A DNA stretch of 64,000 nt. It comes from an uncultured Actinomycetota bacterium (GTDB lineage Bacteria; Actinomycetota; Actinomycetes; JAHEKZ01). The first letter of the stretch is position 1; each line of letters begins with the position of its first letter. This document shows positions 10,073-19,961 of this stretch, piece by piece. The DNA lies in the NCBI GenBank assembly GCA_963743915.1, contig CAVURN010000003.1, forward strand, positions 384,001-448,000, in the 5' to 3' direction. Below the pieces are notes generated by a model that searched no databases, had not been told where the DNA came from, and worked only from the letters and a program-made list of their open reading frames with translations. The position numbers and the translations under genes are program-made.

Positions 10073-10114
10073 TTGGCAAGAAACTGTTTCGATACTAGAT
10101 TCGGTCATGACCGA
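10073..10114 (+). promoter_or_regulatory. Sigma70-type promoter TTGGCA-17-TAGATT with palindromes GAAAC-T-GTTTC (10080-10090) and TCGGTCATGACCGA (10101-10114)
   Basis: AT-rich intergenic stretch, exact 17-bp spacing, perfect 14-bp palindrome over the predicted TSS. Confidence 0.6.
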
Positions 10115-10142
10115 TCGAATCGAAGATTCCGGGGAGTCCGAT

Positions 10143-11504
10143 ATGTCCAGCCTCGACCGTGCCCGACTCGACAGCCTCATCGAGCGGGAGCGTGCCACCT
10201 ACAGCGCGAACCACCCGCGCAGCCGGGCCGCCTTCGACGCCGCCCAGCGGAACTTGTTCGGCGGCGTGCCCATGACCTGGATGACGAAGTGGTCCGGTGG
10301 CTTCCCCCTGTACCTCGACGAGGCGCACGGCAACCGGATCAGCGACATCGACGGCCACACCTACGTGGACTTCGCGCTCGGCGACACCGGCGCCATGGCA
10401 GGCCACTCGCCCGAGGCGACCGTGCGCGCCATCAACGAGCGGATCGCCACCAAGGGTGGCTTCACCACGATGCTGCCCAGCGAGGACGCCGCATGGGTCG
10501 GCGCCGAGCTCGAGCGGCGATTCGGGCTGCCGCTCTGGTCGTTCTCGCTCACGGCGACCGACGCGAACCGCTGGGCGCTGCGGCTGGCACGGCTGGCCAC
10601 CGGCAAGGACAAGGTGCTGGCCTTTTCCTACTGCTACCACGGCAGCGTCGACGAGACGGTCGTCGTGCTCGGCCCCGATGGCGAGACGTTGCCGCGTCCC
10701 GGTAACGCCGGTCCCGCGGTTCACCCCGCCGCCACCACGCGGGTCGCGGAGTTCAACGACCTTGCCTCGGTGGAGCGTGCCCTCGCGCACGGTGACGTGG
10801 CGGTGGTCATCACCGAGCCTGCGCTCACCAACATCGGCATCGTCCTGCCGGAGCCGGGGTTCCTCACCGGTCTGCGCGACCTGTGCACCAAGTACGGCGC
10901 CCTCTTGCTGATCGACGAGACCCACACCTTCTCGGCCGGCCCCGGGGGCATGACCAAGGCCGAGAACCTCGACCCCGACATCGTGGTCATCGGCAAGTCG
11001 ATCGCCGGAGGGATCCCGATCGGCACCTACGGCATCAGCCGCGCGCTGGCCGACACCATCAACTCCCACGACGAGGCGGACCTGATCGACGTCGGCGGTG
11101 TGGGCGGCACGCTTGCCGGAAACGCCCTGTCCATGGCTGCGGCCCGCGCGACGCTCGGCGAGGTGCTCACCGACGACGCCTTCGCGGGCATGATCGACCT
11201 CGCCACCCGCTTCACCGAGGGCGTCCAGTCGGCGCTTGACGGTTCCGACGTCCCCTGGAGCATCAGTCAGCTGGGAGCGCGCGCCGAGTACCGGTTCGCC
11301 CGCCCTGCACCGGTGAACGGCACGGAGTCCAACGAAGCGGGTGACGACGCCCTCGACGAGTACCTGCACCTCTACACGCTCAACCGGGGCATCCTGATGA
11401 CGCCCTTCCACAACATGGCGCTCATGTGTCCGTCGACGACGGTCGACGACGTCGACCTGCACACCGAGGTGTTCGGCAAGGCGATCAACGAGCTCTTCGC
11501 GTGA
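10143..11504 (+). CDS. Class III PLP aminotransferase (GSA-aminomutase-like transaminase)
   Basis: DIDGHTYVDF, YHGS, IDETHT, GKSIAGG; RBS GGGGAG. Alternative start at 10107. Confidence 0.9.
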   Translation: MSSLDRARLDSLIERERATYSANHPRSRAAFDAAQRNLFGGVPMTWMTKWSGGFPLYLDEAHGNRISDIDGHTYVDFALGDTGAMAGHSPEATVRAINERIATKGGFTTMLPSEDAAWVGAELERRFGLPLWSFSLTATDANRWALRLARLATGKDKVLAFSYCYHGSVDETVVVLGPDGETLPRPGNAGPAVHPAATTRVAEFNDLASVERALAHGDVAVVITEPALTNIGIVLPEPGFLTGLRDLCTKYGALLLIDETHTFSAGPGGMTKAENLDPDIVVIGKSIAGGIPIGTYGISRALADTINSHDEADLIDVGGVGGTLAGNALSMAAARATLGEVLTDDAFAGMIDLATRFTEGVQSALDGSDVPWSISQLGARAEYRFARPAPVNGTESNEAGDDALDEYLHLYTLNRGILMTPFHNMALMCPSTTVDDVDLHTEVFGKAINELFA

Positions 11505-12305
11505 ACGGCGCGGCATCGACGCCGTCCGGCCCCTTCGACCTGGCAGGACAGGTCGCGCTGGTCACCGGCGCCGGAAGCGAGTCGGGGATCGGGTTCGTCA
11601 GTGCGCAGCTGCTCGGCGCCGCGGGTGCGCGGGTCGCCATCACGTCGACCACCTCACGGATCGAGGAGCGCGTCGCAGAGCTCCAAGCGGCGGGCGTCGA
11701 CGCGTTCGGCGTGCCGGCGGACCTCACCGACAGCGTTCAGGCAGGCCTGGTGGTCGAGTCCACGCAGCAGCACTTCGGCCGGATCGACATCGTCGTGAAC
11801 AACGCGGGCATGACGAGCGTCGCCGACCCTGCCGAGGGCCATGCCGACGCCGTCGCCATGAGCGACGAGATGTGGTGGTCGGGGATCAGCCGCAACCTCG
11901 ACACGGCATTCTTCGTGACGCGCGCTGCGCTGCGCCCCATGCTCGCCGCGGGATACGGGCGAGTGGTCAACGTGGCGTCCATCACGGGGCCGGTGATGGC
12001 GATGGTGGGGAACGTCGACTACGGCGCCGCGAAGGCAGGCGATGGTCGGCATGACGCGCGCCCTCGCGGTCGAGGTGGCCGCCTCCGGTGTCACGGTCAA
12101 CGCCGTGTGCCCGGGCTGGATCGCGACCGCGTCCCAGACCGAGCACGAGCACCGTCAGGGGCTCCGCACCCCCATGCGCCGGTCTGCGCGTCCGGACGAG
12201 ATCGCCAGCGCCGTCGCCTGGCTCGCCTCGCCGGGCGCCTCGTACATCACCGGCCAGGCGGTCGTGGTCGACGGCGGCAACTCGATCGCCGAGGAGCGGC
12301 TGTGA
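11501..12305 (+). CDS. SDR-family oxidoreductase (FabG-like; frameshift near 12040)
   Basis: TGAGSESGIG, NNAG, YGAAKAG; C-terminus VNAVCPG...YITGQAVVVDGG in another frame. Confidence 0.88.
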
Positions 12306-12763
12306 CGCACGAAGTCGCGATCGACGCGATCGACCGCGCGATCATCCGGCAGCTGCAGCTCGACGGCCGGACGTCCTACGCCGACCTGGCGGCAGCGGTC
12401 GGCCTGTCCGCGCCGGCTGTCCGGCACCGGATGCAGCGACTGATCGAGACCGAGCTGCTCCAGGTGGTCGCGGTCACCGACCCCCTCAAGCTCGGGCTGC
12501 CGGTCATGGCCTTGGTCGGCATCGCGGTCGAGGGTGACATCCGAGCTGTCGCGGACGCGGTAGGCGCCATCGACGAGGTCATCTACCTCGTGCTGACCTC
12601 CGGATCGTTCGACCTGTTCGCCGAGGTCGTCTGCGCGGACATGGACGAGCTGTTCGACGTGGTCAACGACCGCCTCAAGCAGATCGATGGCGTCCGCACG
12701 ACCGAGTCCTTCGTCTACTTCGACATCCACACCCACCGCTTCAACTGGGGTGTGCCGGACTGA
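12302..12763 (+). CDS. Lrp/AsnC-family transcriptional regulator
   Basis: IIRQLQLDGRTSYADLAAAVGLS HTH; VAVTDP, GSFDL, TESFVY. Confidence 0.92.
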   Translation: MTHEVAIDAIDRAIIRQLQLDGRTSYADLAAAVGLSAPAVRHRMQRLIETELLQVVAVTDPLKLGLPVMALVGIAVEGDIRAVADAVGAIDEVIYLVLTSGSFDLFAEVVCADMDELFDVVNDRLKQIDGVRTTESFVYFDIHTHRFNWGVPD

Positions 12764-12839
12764 TCCCTGCAGTGCCCGCGACACGCGGTGGCCGACCATG
12801 TCGGGTGCAGAAGTCAACAGCGTGGGGTACACCGGAGGG

Positions 12840-14286
12840 ATGAACCCCCTCCCGTCGGCTCTGCACCGTGAGGTGACGTGGCGCGGCGTCCTGCGGGTTC
12901 TTGCCCTGGTCGCAGTTGCCGGTCTCGGAGCGTTGCTCGGCCTGGCGGTGGGTGCGCAGCGGACCGAGCACCTGGGCCCGCTGCTGGTCGAGACGAGTGT
13001 CGGTCTCTCCCTGACCGGCGACAGCGTGATCGAGGTCCCGCCCCTCGGGTCGATCGTCATCGACAGCCACGACGGTCCGTTGCGGCTCCGTGCCGAGGTG
13101 GTGCGCCTCGACCCGGCGGTCACCGAGAGCGCGCTGTCCGGGGGTGGCATCGACACCGATCTCGGTGCGGTGGGCGAGCAGGTGCGCGGGATCCTGCTCA
13201 AGGCCTATCTGCAGGCGATGGCAGCCGCGGTCATCGGTGCCGCACTCGCCGTCCTCGTCGTCTGGCGGCGCCCACGACGCGCGGCGGTGACGGCCGCGGT
13301 CGTCGCGGGTGTGCTGCTGCTCGGCGCCGCTGCGGGTGCGGCGACGTGGAACAACCGGTCGCTGGCCGAGCCGCGGTACACCGGACTCCTCGTCTTCGTC
13401 CCACAGGTCGTGGGCAACGCCGGCGACATCGTCGACAACTTCACCGAGTACGGCGACCAGCTCGGTGACCTCGTCACGAACGTGGGGAAGCTGGCGTCCA
13501 CCCTGCAGAACCTTCCGACGCTGCCGCAGGACGCCAGCTCCATCCGCGTCCTTCACGTCTCCGACATCCACCTGAACCCCAGTGTCTGGCCGATCATGCA
13601 GTCGATCATCGACCAGTACGACGTCGACCTCGTGGTAGACACCGGCGACATCGCCGATCACGGGACCGCAGCCGAGAACCAGCTGTCTGACCCCGATCCA
13701 GTCACTGGGCGTCCCGTACGTGTACATCCGCGGGAACCACGACTCTGCGTCCACGGCGGCGGCGATCGCCGATCTGCCCGACACCTACGTCCTCGACAAC
13801 GAGATCGTCGACGTCTCAGGTCTGACGATCGCGGGCATTGGCGATCCCCGATTCACGCCCGACCGGTCCACCGAGTCCGACGACGCATCGGTGGTCGACG
13901 GAGGTCAGCAGCTGGCGAGAACGATCGAGGCCTCGTCGGAGCGGGTCGACATCGCGCTCGTCCACGATCCTGACGCTGCCGAGCCGCTGGCGGGAATCGT
14001 CCCGCTGGTGCTGGCAGGGCATCTCCACTCGCGGGACGAGAAGGACCTGGGAGATGGCACGAAGCTGCTCGTCCAGGGGTCGAGCGGCGGCGCCGGACTC
14101 CGTGCGCTGGAGACCGAGGACCCGACGCCACTCACCCTGACCGTGCTGTACTTCGACGCGAGCACCCACGACCTCACGGCCCGGGACGAGTTCACGTTGG
14201 GCGGGCTCGGAGCCGCGAGCGCGGAGGTGGACCGGGTGGTCGAGGAGCCGAGCCCTGCGGCACAGGTGGAACGGAGAGCACCATGA
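12840..14286 (+). CDS. Membrane-anchored calcineurin-like metallophosphoesterase (frameshift near 13690)
   Basis: N-terminal TM helices; SDIH, TGD, GNHD, VHD, AGHLH motifs split over two frames. Confidence 0.88.
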
Positions 14287-14603
14287 GGCACTACCGGGTC
14301 GAGGAGCAGGACACCGCGCGAGGCAGCGAGCCCTGGATCGAGTTCCAAAGGTCGCCCGATCTGTCGACCGGGCTGTATGTGCTGGCAGCCGGCGAGCTCG
14401 ACGAGCAGGAGCCGCACACCGAGGACGAGATCTACGTCTGCGTGTCGGGACGCGCACGGTTCGTCACGCCCTCGGGCGAGTGTGACGTCTCCCCGGGATC
14501 AGTGATCTTCGTGCCCGCTCACGAGGAGCACCGGTTCGTCGACGTCACGGAGGCGCTGAGCCTGGTGGTCGTCTTCGGCCCCGCAGAGGGCTCACGCGCC
14601 TAA
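14283..14603 (+). CDS. Cupin domain protein
   Basis: PHTEDEIY and FVPAHEEHRF motifs. Confidence 0.88.
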   Translation: MRHYRVEEQDTARGSEPWIEFQRSPDLSTGLYVLAAGELDEQEPHTEDEIYVCVSGRARFVTPSGECDVSPGSVIFVPAHEEHRFVDVTEALSLVVVFGPAEGSRA

Positions 14604-15574
14604 GGCGCAGCGGACGTCGCGCGCTGTGCGACGGCGATCCCGGCGATCACCACCAGGCTGCCCACGATCTGGATGACGGTGAGCGTCTCGTCCAGCCAGA
14701 CCCACGCCACCACTCCGGCGAGCACAGGCTCCACCATGCCCACCACTCCCGCCTCGTGCGCGGGCAGGTTGCGCAGCGCCCCGATGACGAGCAGGAAGGG
14801 CGCGACCGTCCCCAGCACGACCACCCAGGCGATCAACCACCAGGCCGTGACCGAGACACCGTCCAGGGCACCAGGCAGCGAGACGGTCGAGGACAGCGCA
14901 TCCCACGGCACGGTCCACCAGGGCTTGGCGACCGACCAGAAGACCGCGGACACGACGAAGGCCCAGAAGGCCAGCGAGGTGGTGTCTCGCGTGGTCAGCG
15001 CGTGCTTGCCGGCGATGTAGTAGGTGGCGAGCGAGATGGCCGCACCGAACCCCGCGAGCACGCCGATGAGATCGAGGTTCAGGCCGCTCCACACCTCGGC
15101 GACCAGTGCCAGCCCGCCCATCGCCAGGGAGAGTGCGAGCCACAGGGACCGTCCGAGCTGCTGCTTCTGGACGAAGTGCGCCCAGAAGGCCACCAGCACC
15201 GGGCCGGTGAACTCCAGCAGCAAGGCGATGCCGACCGGCAGTCGGGCGATGGCGACGAAGTAGAGCCACTGCACCATGGCGATGCCGACCAGCCCGTACA
15301 CCATGAGCAGGGGCAGCTCCGCGCGTGACAGCCGCAGACGACTCCGATCGGCGAGCAGCACGAGGAAGAAAAGGCACACCGCTGCCCCTGCGCTGCGAAG
15401 CAGCACGAGGCTCAGCGAGTCGACGCCGGACTGCAGGGTGACCTTGGACACCGAGCCATTCACCGAGAAGAGCAGCGCACCGCCGAGAGCCATCAGGTAG
15501 CCGAGGGTGCGGTGCGGGTGCGCCCCGAGGTACGTGCGCCCCGGGGGCGGTATCTCGGCGGCGGCTTCGGTCAC
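14600..15574 (-). CDS. EamA/DMT-family transporter
   Basis: About 10 TM helices, ALLLEFTGPV, MVEPV; leaderless TAGGCT-6nt-GTG. Confidence 0.9.
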   Translation of the reverse strand: MTEAAAEIPPPGRTYLGAHPHRTLGYLMALGGALLFSVNGSVSKVTLQSGVDSLSLVLLRSAGAAVCLFFLVLLADRSRLRLSRAELPLLMVYGLVGIAMVQWLYFVAIARLPVGIALLLEFTGPVLVAFWAHFVQKQQLGRSLWLALSLAMGGLALVAEVWSGLNLDLIGVLAGFGAAISLATYYIAGKHALTTRDTTSLAFWAFVVSAVFWSVAKPWWTVPWDALSSTVSLPGALDGVSVTAWWLIAWVVVLGTVAPFLLVIGALRNLPAHEAGVVGMVEPVLAGVVAWVWLDETLTVIQIVGSLVVIAGIAVAQRATSAAP

Positions 15575-15639
15575 GGCGGCAGCCTAGAGGCGGCTGAAGG
15601 TGTGGCTGCCGCGGCGGTGGAGTCGGATCCGTTCTGCTC

Positions 15640-16909
15640 TCACGGACCACGGGGGTGGCTGGTGAGTTGCTGCTTACGTGGTCCGTGGAAGGTGACGGGG
15701 CCGTGGGTGCCGCGTGTGGTGTCGGGGATGGTGATGGTCCAGCCGCCTTCGTGGACCTGGCGGTGGTGGTGGCGGCACAGCAGCAGCGCGTTGTCGGTGT
15801 CGGTGGGTCCGCCGTCGAGCCAGGAGTGCACATGGTGGGCGTCGGTGTGGGCGGGGGGTCGGTCGCAGCCGGGGAAGCGGCAGCCGCCGTCGCGGGCGGC
15901 CAGCAAGCGGCGCTGCTGGGGGCTGAAGAGGCGCCGGGTGCGGCCGAGGTCGGTCACGACGCCGTGGGGGTCGAGCAGCAGGGGGGTGAGCTGGGCGTCG
16001 CAGGCGATGCGGGCCACGCCGGCCGGGTGCAGGAGGGCGGTGGCGCCGGTGTGCCCTAGGCGCCCTGGCACCGATCCGAGAGCGGTCGGACCTGCGGCAC
16101 CACCTCGGGGGTCGAGCAGGACGTGCAGGTGGGGGCGTTCCCCTCCGCTGACGGGGAGCAGGCGGTGGTCGGCGGCGGTCTGGACGATCTGCATCAGTCC
16201 GTCGGCGCGTCGTTCTGCGGCGTTGCGGGTGTCGTCGGGGCCGGCCGGGACCAGGTGGGGCTCGAGGGCGGCGGTGAGCAGGGCGGCGGACTCGGCGTCG
16301 AGCAGCCCGTCCAGGGCGGTCATCCCGTCCATCAGCGGGGACAGGGTCAGGTACCGGCGGTCGAACTGCTGCTGGGTGTGGGCCAGGGAGCCGTCGGGGT
16401 CGACCACCGCCTGCAGGTGCTGGCCGGCGGTGCGGACGTCGCCGACGGGGGCTTGTCGGGCCAGCTCGGTGAGCAGCTCGACCCCCTGCTGCTGGTGTTC
16501 TGCCGGCAGGTGTCGGGTGCCGCGCTCGACGGCCCGCAGGTGCTCGTAGGTCAACGTCCCCTCGGCAAGGTGCTGCACCGGACCGGCCAACAGGTCACGG
16601 GACAGCCGCGCGATCCGGACCCGCTCTGCTGCTTGGGCACCGGTCAGCCGGGTCGCCCCGCGCAGCCACGCCGCGGTGGACGCGGCACCGTGCAGCACCT
16701 GCCCGTCCCCGGAGGCGTCGAACACCTCCACCGCCGTCAACGACGCGGCAGCGACCGCGTCGGCCAGCTGCTGCAACCCCGCCACCCACGCCGCCCGCGA
16801 CTCCGCACCCGCCACCTGCAGCAGGCTCGCGGGCGTCGTCACCGGACCAAGCCCGCACCTGCGCCAGCACCGCGGACAGCGGCTCGGGCAACGCATCCGG
16901 GGTGAACAC
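15640..16909 (-). CDS. DUF222 (13E12-repeat family) protein with C-terminal HNH endonuclease (frameshift near 16830)
   Basis: RRADGL, RIACDA, RDGGCRFPGC...DAHH...W..GG.T...N..LLC..HH..VH; probable start GTG 16909 (MFTPD). Confidence 0.9.
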
Positions 16910-17028
16910 AGGCGGACCTTTCGGTGAGGAACCAAGGACCGGCAGCGAACGGCTCTCCGCACCTCACCCGACCCCCTCTGAACGGAGGTCACCACCTGTG
17001 TCATCTCACGCGCTGCCCACTACCCCTG

Positions 17029-17050
17029 AATGTACGGGTCGGGTCCGACA
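17029..17050 (-). promoter_or_regulatory. PafBC/RecA-NDp-type DNA-damage-inducible promoter TGTCGG-N10-TACATT
   Basis: Minus strand reads TGTCGG ACCCGACCCG TACATT, an exact fit to TGTCGG-N10-TA-N3-T, about 120 nt upstream of DUF222-HNH. Confidence 0.8.
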
Positions 17051-17094
17051 GACCTTGAGCCGCTGAGCCGCTGATCCGGTGGAAGGATGCGGCC

Positions 17095-17781
17095 ATGTTC
17101 GGCGACGCTGTTGCTTCCTCCCTGCTCAGCTCCCAATTCCCCCACGCCCAGTGCGCGTGGCTGACGGGTAGCGCCGCCACCGGTGACGTGACCGCGACTT
17201 CTGACGTCGACCTCGTGGTGGTGGCTGACGACGATGCCCCCTCGTTCCGAGAGACGGTGCGCCAGGATTCGCTCCTGGTCGAGCTGTTCGTGCACAGTCC
17301 GACCTCGTTGCGGTACTGGTACGAGCGCGAACGCCGTGAGAACCGCTGCACGCTCGCCCACATGGTGGCGACCGGAGTTGCCTTGACCGACTCGGGTCCA
17401 GGCGTGCAGCTGCAGCGAGATGCCGAGCTCCACGTCGAGGCTGGGCCGGCACCGAGGCGCCAGGCGGACATCGACGCCCTCAGGTACGGGTTGAGCGCGG
17501 CCCTCGACGACCTGACGGACGCCCGTGAGGCTCGGGCTTTCGTGGCCGCGCAGGTCATGGAGCTGGCGGGCGAGCTGCGGCTCGCGCACGCCGACTCCTG
17601 GACCGGGTCGGGAAAGTGGTTGCACCGATGGCTCATGCACGTGGACTCGCAGTGCGCCGACGACCTCGCGGCCGGCTGGCAAGAGGCTGCCAACGGTCAG
17701 GTCCGACCGCTCGTGGAGGTGGCCGACCGCGTGCTGAATCTGACCGGTGGTCGATTGCAGGCGGGATACCGCCTCGACTGA
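17095..17781 (+). CDS. Pol-beta-like nucleotidyltransferase domain protein
   Basis: LTGS...SDVDLVV, VELFVH, GSGKWL. Confidence 0.85.
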   Translation: MFGDAVASSLLSSQFPHAQCAWLTGSAATGDVTATSDVDLVVVADDDAPSFRETVRQDSLLVELFVHSPTSLRYWYERERRENRCTLAHMVATGVALTDSGPGVQLQRDAELHVEAGPAPRRQADIDALRYGLSAALDDLTDAREARAFVAAQVMELAGELRLAHADSWTGSGKWLHRWLMHVDSQCADDLAAGWQEAANGQVRPLVEVADRVLNLTGGRLQAGYRLD

Positions 17782-17812
17782 CCCGCTGCCTGGCAGGCGT
17801 TAGGTTCAGCAG

Positions 17813-18877
17813 GTGACCGACCATCCGCGCGCCCGTGAAGCGCTGCAGTCGATCCCTGCCTACCAGCCGGGTCGTGCGGCGCCGGCGGGGGCGGTGAAGC
17901 TGTCCAGCAACGAGAACCCCTTCCCGCCGCTGCCCGGCGTGCTGGCGGCGATGGCGGACGCGGCAGCCGAGGTCAACCGTTACCCCGACTTCGGGTCCGC
18001 ACAGCTCATCGAGGCGCTGGCCCAACGACATGGCGTCCGACCCGACCAGGTGGCCGTCGGCACGGGATCAGTGGCGGTGCTCGGACAGGTCATCAATGCC
18101 TACGCCGGTGCCGGTGACGAAGTGGTCATCCCGTGGCGATCGTTCGAGGCGTACCCGATCATCATCGCGCTCTCCGGTGCGCAACAGGTGGCGGTTCCGC
18201 TGCGACCTGACTTCACGCACGACCTGGTCGCCATGGCGTCCGCGGTGACCGAGCGGACGCGCGTCGTCATGGTCTGCACGCCGAACAACCCGACCGGAAC
18301 CGTGGTCCGGCGGAACGACCTGACGGCCTTCCTCGACGACGTGCCGTCCGACGTGCTGGTGGCTGTCGACGAGGCCTACGTCGAGTTCGTGCGCGACGTC
18401 GACAGTCCGGACGCCCTCGACCTCGTGTCCGGACGCAGCAACGTCGTCGTGCTGCGCACCTTCTCCAAGGCCTATGGGCTTGCCGGGCTCCGCGTCGGCT
18501 ACGCGATCGGCCCGACCGCCGTCGTGACCGAGCTGCGCAAGGCGCAGCTCCCGTTCGGCGTCACGGCCGGGGCGGCGGCTGCAGCCACCGCGTCCCTCGC
18601 GGCCGAACCAGAGCTGCTGCGCCGCGTGCAGGTGCTGGTTGAGGAGCGTGAGCGCGTCACCGCTCAGCTCGCCGCCCTGCCCCTCGACGTCCCGACGCCG
18701 CAGGGCAACTTCGTCTGGCTCCCGCTGGGCGAGCGCACGCAGGACTTCGCGCGGCGATGTGCCGACGCCGGAGTTGTGGTCCGCCCCTTCGCCGGCGAGG
18801 GCGTGCGGGTGACGATCGGTGCGCCCGAGGCGAACGACCGCTGGCTACCCGTGCTGCGCGACTTCCTCGGGCTCTGA
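17813..18877 (+). CDS. hisC: Histidinol-phosphate / aromatic amino acid aminotransferase (HisC/Pat)
   Basis: KLSSNENP, PNNPTG, DEAY, RTFSKAYGLAGLRVGY. Confidence 0.92.
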   Translation: MTDHPRAREALQSIPAYQPGRAAPAGAVKLSSNENPFPPLPGVLAAMADAAAEVNRYPDFGSAQLIEALAQRHGVRPDQVAVGTGSVAVLGQVINAYAGAGDEVVIPWRSFEAYPIIIALSGAQQVAVPLRPDFTHDLVAMASAVTERTRVVMVCTPNNPTGTVVRRNDLTAFLDDVPSDVLVAVDEAYVEFVRDVDSPDALDLVSGRSNVVVLRTFSKAYGLAGLRVGYAIGPTAVVTELRKAQLPFGVTAGAAAAATASLAAEPELLRRVQVLVEERERVTAQLAALPLDVPTPQGNFVWLPLGERTQDFARRCADAGVVVRPFAGEGVRVTIGAPEANDRWLPVLRDFLGL

Positions 18878-19804
18878 AGCCCGGACGCGGACGTTCGCCG
18901 CGCACGACGAGCGCGACACCGAGCACGGCGAGGGAGCCACCGAGGACGACGGGGAGCGTCACTGGTTCGGACAGGATGAGCCAGCCGAGGAACACCGCGA
19001 CGACGGGGTTGACGTACGCGTACGTCGTCACCAGCGACGGTGGGGCGTGTCCCGAGCAGCCACACGAAGGCGGAGAACGCGACGACCGAGCCGATGAGCG
19101 TCAGGTAGATGAACGCCCACCAACCCTCCGCAGGCACCGCCGCCAGCGAGAAGCCGTCGAACTCCCCGACGACGGCAGCGGCGACGAGCAGAACCACGCC
19201 CCCGCCGACCATCTCGTAGACCGCTCCGACGAAGTTGTCGTCGGGCAGCGTCAGCCGCGGCGTGATGAACACCCCGAACGCCCAGCAGAGGGTGGCGAAC
19301 AGGATCAGCAGGACGCCCCAGAGCTCGACGTCGCCCTGGGTGCCCGGGGCGGGCGAGGACGGCGATGCCGCCGAGCCCGACCACGGTGCCGACCCAGGTG
19401 AGCCATCTCGGGCGTTCGCGGCCGATGCCCGTGCGCATGAGCACCACCCACAGCGGCATGGCGGCCACGAGCAGCGCGGCCAGGCCGGAGGGGACCGTCT
19501 GCTCCGCGGTGCTCACCATGCCGACGCCGCAGAAGAGGAAGAGAAACCCGAGCACGACGCTGCCGAGAACCGCACGCGGCGACGTGGCGAGTGCGCGGCG
19601 TCCGCGTCGGAGGACCAGCACGGTGCCGAGGATGCTTCCGGCGATGACGAAGCGGACCCCTGTGGGGAACAGCGGGGGCTGACCGGCGACGTCGACCACG
19701 ACCCTGATCCCGAGGTAGGTCGAGCCCCAGACCACGTAGACGATGCCGAGGGCGCTCCACAGCGCCAGCGGGGACGCCGCACGCGTCGCCCGAGCTGTCG
19801 TCAC
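18878..19804 (-). CDS. EamA/DMT-family transporter (YedA-like; two frameshifts, 3' end approximate)
   Basis: VYVVWGSTYLGI, VPSGLAALL, GSVVAFSAF, TYAYVNPVVAV across three frames. Confidence 0.85.
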
Positions 19805-19853
19805 GTGACCAGCCTCACACACGCGCGGGAGCTGTTGTCACGGGGATTGACCG

Positions 19854-19924
19854 GGGTCGAAGGTCCCGGCTCAGCGGCCGGGACTTTCGACCCTGATCGG
19901 GGTGCGGACGGCCCCCGGGATGCT
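19854..19924 (+). promoter_or_regulatory. Pair of DosR/DevR-type boxes (GGGTCGAAGGTCCC 19854-19867; GGGACTTTCGACCC 19880-19893) and -10 GATGCT upstream of cydA
   Basis: Both match GGGAC-N4-GNCCC, in inverted orientation; DosSR-like genes directly follow the cyd operon. Confidence 0.75.
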
Positions 19925-19961
19925 GGCTCCACCTGTCAGTTCCTGGCTCGAAAGAGGACCC

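Noticed and set aside
11426-12763. Apparent SDR-Lrp fusion in the ORF track
   Set aside because: Artefact of a frameshift near 12040; the SDR C-terminus is in another frame and Lrp has its own GTG at 12302
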